Assembly: GCA_021797825.1 (NCBI GenBank)
Contig: JAJZZA010000005.1
Span: forward strand, 3,765 to 67,764
DNA: 64,000 nt
Source of the DNA: Bacillota bacterium
GTDB lineage: Bacteria > Bacillota > Sulfobacillia > Sulfobacillales > Sulfobacillaceae
Reading direction: 5' to 3'
Shown here: in pieces, positions 61,029-64,000 of the stretch
Layout of the letters: the number at the start of each line of letters is the position of its first letter
How positions within the stretch are numbered: position 1 is the stretch's first letter
Position numbers and translations under genes: made by a program
The notes under the pieces: generated by a model
The model's input: the letters and a program-made list of their open reading frames with translations, nothing else
The model's database searches: none
Told to the model about the DNA's origin: nothing

Positions 61029-61850
61029 ATGGAAGAGTCTGAAAAATATCGGGATATCCCGGCGGACGCGCTCGCGCGTTTGGACCGGACATCCGACCGG
61101 TATGTGTTTACCAGCGATTTGAGCGTCAATGAGTTTGTGCTGGTCGATGATGCCGGCTTCGAGCCGCTCGGGCTGGTGATGGGATCGTCCATTTACCATA
61201 TCGGCTATCAGGCGGCGCAGTGGTCGCAAAACCAGGAAATGACGGTGCTCTCGCAGGCCATGTACAATGCCCGCGAACTGGCCATGACGCGGATGGAGGA
61301 AGAAGCCGACGCGCTGAAGGCCGACGGCGTCATCGGGGTGCGGCTTGAGGTCAAGCATGCCGAGTGGGGACAGCATTTGGCGGAATTCATCGCGATTGGC
61401 ACCGCCGTGCGCTCCAAAGACGGCGCCAGCCACCGCACCATCAAGGATAAACCGTTTACCTCGGACCTCTCCGGGCAAGATTTTTGGACACTGATGAAAA
61501 CCGGCTGGCGCCCGGTCAGTCTGGTGATGGGATCGTGCGTCTATCATATCGCGCACCAAAGCATGATGGCGACCTTGCGGCAGGTCGGACAAAACCGCGA
61601 ACTGACGGTCTATACCCAAGGCCTCTATGACGCCCGCGAACTGGCCATGGAACGGATGCAAAGCGAGGGGGCCGAATTGCGGGCGGCGGGCATCGTGGGC
61701 GTGCATCTGCATGAAAACCATCATCAGTGGGGAGCCCATGTGGTGGAGTTTTTTGCGGTGGGCACGTCGGTGGTGAAATTCGGCCCGTCGTCCCTGCAAG
61801 CCCCCGGCTTGGTGCTACCGTTAAACGATCCCATCGGATGGGGGGGTTGA
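61029..61850 (+). CDS. protein with two tandem YbjQ/DUF74 domains
   Basis: AGGAGG lies 6 nt before ATG 61029. Domain 1 is FTSDLSVNEFVLVDDAGFEPLGLVMGSSIY ... ARELAMTRMEEEADALKADGVIGVRLEV ... EFIAIGTAVR. Domain 2 is FTSDLSGQDFWTLMKTGWRPVSLVMGSCVY ... ARELAMERMQSEGAELRAAGIVGVHL ... EFFAVGTSV. Confidence 0.75.
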   Translation: MEESEKYRDIPADALARLDRTSDRYVFTSDLSVNEFVLVDDAGFEPLGLVMGSSIYHIGYQAAQWSQNQEMTVLSQAMYNARELAMTRMEEEADALKADGVIGVRLEVKHAEWGQHLAEFIAIGTAVRSKDGASHRTIKDKPFTSDLSGQDFWTLMKTGWRPVSLVMGSCVYHIAHQSMMATLRQVGQNRELTVYTQGLYDARELAMERMQSEGAELRAAGIVGVHLHENHHQWGAHVVEFFAVGTSVVKFGPSSLQAPGLVLPLNDPIGWGG

Positions 61851-61851
61851 G

Positions 61852-62862
61852 ATGGGGTGGTTTCGGCGGCGGCCCCCGGCCGGGAACAATCCGGCCGACG
61901 GGGCAAGCCCAAGGGAGTCGCGGTTTCGGCGCTACAGCCCGGAAACGGCCGCCCAGATTCAGCGCGACCAGGAGGCCTTGGAGCGGGGCGACTTGCCGGA
62001 AGGGGCGCTAACCCGCATCCGGCGGACCACCGCCGGCGAATTGCCGTGGATGAGCACGCTGTCGGTGCCCGGGTTGGCTTTGGCGGAGCAATTGCGCGCG
62101 GAGCCGGTGGTGCAGGTGGCGGGCAGCGCCTATTACCACGCCGCCACCGATCAGGGCAACCGGGTGTACCTGGATTCCAATCTGGACGCGGCCAATCTGG
62201 TGCGGGCATATTACCAGGCCAAAGATCTGGCGATGGGTCGGCTGGTGCAGGAGGCGGCGCTGGCGGGGGCGCACCTGGTATTGGACGCGCGGCACGAATT
62301 TTCGCGGGAGGAGACCGTGGTTACGTTTAGCATTATCGGCACCGCAGTGCGGCTGCCGGGCGTCGACCGCCCGAAAACCCCGCTGGTCAGCCCCTTGGGC
62401 GGCGACGACTTGCTCAAGCTGCTTGCGCGCGGATACCTGCCGGTGGGTTTCGCGTTGGGCTACCATTGGCATTGCATGCCGATCGGCTTTGGAACGCGGC
62501 AAAGTCTTCGCTCTTTTTGGAATCAGGAAGCGACGCAATTGACCGAACGGTTTATGCATACCCGCAGCAACGCGATGCAGCGGATGGCGCAAGATGCCCG
62601 CCGCCAGCATCGGGTCGACGGGTTGGTGGGGGTGTCGGTCAGCTCGCGGCTGGAAGAAACCGAACTCCGTTTTGTGGGCGGCTACGGCATGGGCGGAGGG
62701 GTGACCATCGAAGGCATGTATTATCCTTACGGACCCGAAGGATCTTTGGAAGTGCCGGCCGTCAACGCCGAGTTTTTCGCGACCGGTGCCAGCATCGCGC
62801 GGGTGGCCGCCGGGCCCGCCAGCCGTTACCAAGTGAGCCACTATCTCACGGCGGAGGTCTAA
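61852..62862 (+). CDS. second protein with two tandem YbjQ/DUF74-like domains (paralogue of the upstream gene)
   Basis: It starts 1 nt after the upstream stop. Domain 1 is MSTLSVPGLALAEQLRAEPVVQVAGSAYY ... AKDLAMGRLVQEAALAGAHLVLDAR ... TFSIIGTAVRL. Domain 2 is LGGDDLLKLLARGYLPVGFALGYHW ... MQRMAQDARRQHRVDGLVGVSV ... FFATGASI. Confidence 0.7.
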   Translation: MGWFRRRPPAGNNPADGASPRESRFRRYSPETAAQIQRDQEALERGDLPEGALTRIRRTTAGELPWMSTLSVPGLALAEQLRAEPVVQVAGSAYYHAATDQGNRVYLDSNLDAANLVRAYYQAKDLAMGRLVQEAALAGAHLVLDARHEFSREETVVTFSIIGTAVRLPGVDRPKTPLVSPLGGDDLLKLLARGYLPVGFALGYHWHCMPIGFGTRQSLRSFWNQEATQLTERFMHTRSNAMQRMAQDARRQHRVDGLVGVSVSSRLEETELRFVGGYGMGGGVTIEGMYYPYGPEGSLEVPAVNAEFFATGASIARVAAGPASRYQVSHYLTAEV

Positions 62863-63193
62863 GCGGGGGAACGCGGACGCCGGAGCTCCTGACGGCCTTG
62901 GCTCCGGGCTGCGGTCGACCGGTTAGGGGCAGGCGGGCGCATGATTGACGCCGCGCGGCGGGAGGCGGAGGATAAGCGGGGACGGCGGTCTTGACTTTCC
63001 GACGGGGTGAGATGACCGCTGGCGGAGGGCGTGGGTAGCTGGCCCGGTTGCGACGGGAGGGCCCGGGCGGCTGGCGGAGACGGTAGCGGACTGCAACATT
63101 TTTTATCGAGTGCCGAGCAGCGACTTGAGAAGGGGGGCACGGCGGCGCTTCGCCCCGCAGAGGAATCCGGAGTTGGCGCGCCGCCATCAGGCG

Positions 63194-64000
63194 ATGAGCG
63201 TACGACTGAAAAACTTCATCAACGGACAATGGGTGGACCCGGAAGGGGGCCGCTACCGGGAGGATGTCGACCCGGCCAACGGCGCCGTGCTGGCCGAGGT
63301 GCCGGCGTCGACGGCCGCGGACGCCGGACGCGCGATTGCTGCCGCCGCCGAGGCTTTTTCCGCCTGGCGCCAGGTGCCGGGCCCCAAGCGGGGCGAGCTG
63401 CTGTTCGAGGCGGGTCGCCTGCTGCAAGCCCGCAAATCGGCGCTGGCCGAAAAAATGACGCGGGAAATGGGCAAGGTCCTGCTGGAAACCGCCGGCGACG
63501 TGCAAGAGGGCATCGATATGGCCTTTTACATGGCGGGCGAGGGGCGGCGGAGTTTTGGCTACACGACTCCCTCCGAACTTCCCGACAAGTTCGCGATGGC
63601 GATGCGGGATCCGATTGGCGTGGCCGGGATTATTACCCCCTGGAATTTCCCGATGGCGATTCCCACCTGGAAGATCTTCCCGGCTTTGGTGGCGGGCAAC
63701 ACGGTGGTGTTCAAACCGGCCACGGAAGCCCCATACCTGGCCTATGAACTGGTCAGCATCCTGCAAGAAGCCGGATTTCCGCCAGGCGTGGTCAACTTGG
63801 TCTTCGGCTCGGGAACAGAAGTGGGAGAGGTCTTGCTGACCGATCCGCGGGTGGCCCTCATCTCGTTTACCGGGTCCAACCAGACCGGGCGGCATGTCGC
63901 CGCAGTAGCCGGGGCGGGCCTAAAGCGGGTGTCGCTGGAACTCGGCGGGAAAAACGCCATTATCGTCCTGGACGATGCGGATTTGGATTTGGCGGTGGAG
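63194..64000 (+). CDS. NAD(P)-dependent aldehyde dehydrogenase, 3' end cut by the right window edge
   Basis: The frame is open from ATG 63194 to the window end and is not in the ORF track. My translation gives [19 protein letters not shown] ... [32 protein letters not shown] ... [13 protein letters not shown] ... [13 protein letters not shown]. Confidence 0.9.
   Translation, partial: MSVRLKNFINGQWVDPEGGRYREDVDPANGAVLAEVPASTAADAGRAIAAAAEAFSAWRQVPGPKRGELLFEAGRLLQARKSALAEKMTREMGKVLLETAGDVQEGIDMAFYMAGEGRRSFGYTTPSELPDKFAMAMRDPIGVAGIITPWNFPMAIPTWKIFPALVAGNTVVFKPATEAPYLAYELVSILQEAGFPPGVVNLVFGSGTEVGEVLLTDPRVALISFTGSNQTGRHVAAVAGAGLKRVSLELGGKNAIIVLDDADLDLAVE

Noticed and set aside
60816-61799. 327-aa minus-strand ORF
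   Set aside because: It is antisense to the first double-YbjQ gene, which has internally repeated, recognisable domains and a strong SD.
62846-63895. 349-aa minus-strand ORF
   Set aside because: It is antisense to the aldehyde dehydrogenase gene and the upstream spacer. Its translation is Arg/Pro/Gly-rich.

Overview
This is a visibly GC-rich chromosomal segment (composition not computed). It comes from a Gram-positive, Firmicutes-like bacterium, judged from HemQ/ChdC coproheme decarboxylase, an LCP ligase, a PrsA-type lipoprotein foldase and a SipW-type signal peptidase. I can support about 50 protein-coding genes and found no rRNA, tRNA or CRISPR array.

Layout:
- 1-13 kb: envelope-glycan cluster with fused GT4-GT2, GT2-X-GT4, GT2 and GT4 enzymes and a SAM methyltransferase with a coiled-coil tail, interrupted by an APC permease.
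- 14-25.1 kb: orphan helical protein, YjbQ, DHA2 MFS pump, LCP, AsnB, C39-like peptidase, acyl-CoA synthetase.
- 25.6-31.6 kb: the most unusual block. It encodes a small secreted protein, an internal terminator, a 55-aa signal-peptide mini-protein, a SipW-type peptidase fused to a 400-aa 3-TM module, and an EAL-6TM-GGDEF protein. An atypical LuxR regulator lies divergent to this string, and a lipoprotein lies downstream.
- 31.6-36.5 kb: ABC-2 exporter flanked by gene-free GC-rich DNA that contains a decayed TnpB fragment, then a WbaP-like priming transferase.
- 37-42.8 kb: PrsA-like PPIase, NDH-2, an orphan TadE/TadG-like pair, an SPL-type radical SAM protein.
- 43-46.3 kb: an AsnB paralogue with both catalytic motifs degenerate, coupled to a methyltransferase with a Trm112-like ribbon, plus an orphan basic/acidic protein.
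- 46.4-48.8 kb: OmpR/HK pair followed by a small secreted hexapeptide-repeat protein.
- 49-64 kb: small membrane protein, GGCT-like protein, TatD, thioesterase, stand-alone GltB-like protein, two GT4 genes, thrC-thrB, hemQ, two adjacent double-YbjQ genes, partial aldehyde dehydrogenase.

Both window edges cut genes that the ORF track omits. Many long track ORFs are antisense shadow frames typical of high-GC DNA. Start codons were refined by eye from Shine-Dalgarno spacing and remain provisional. All family assignments rest on motif recognition, not on searches.
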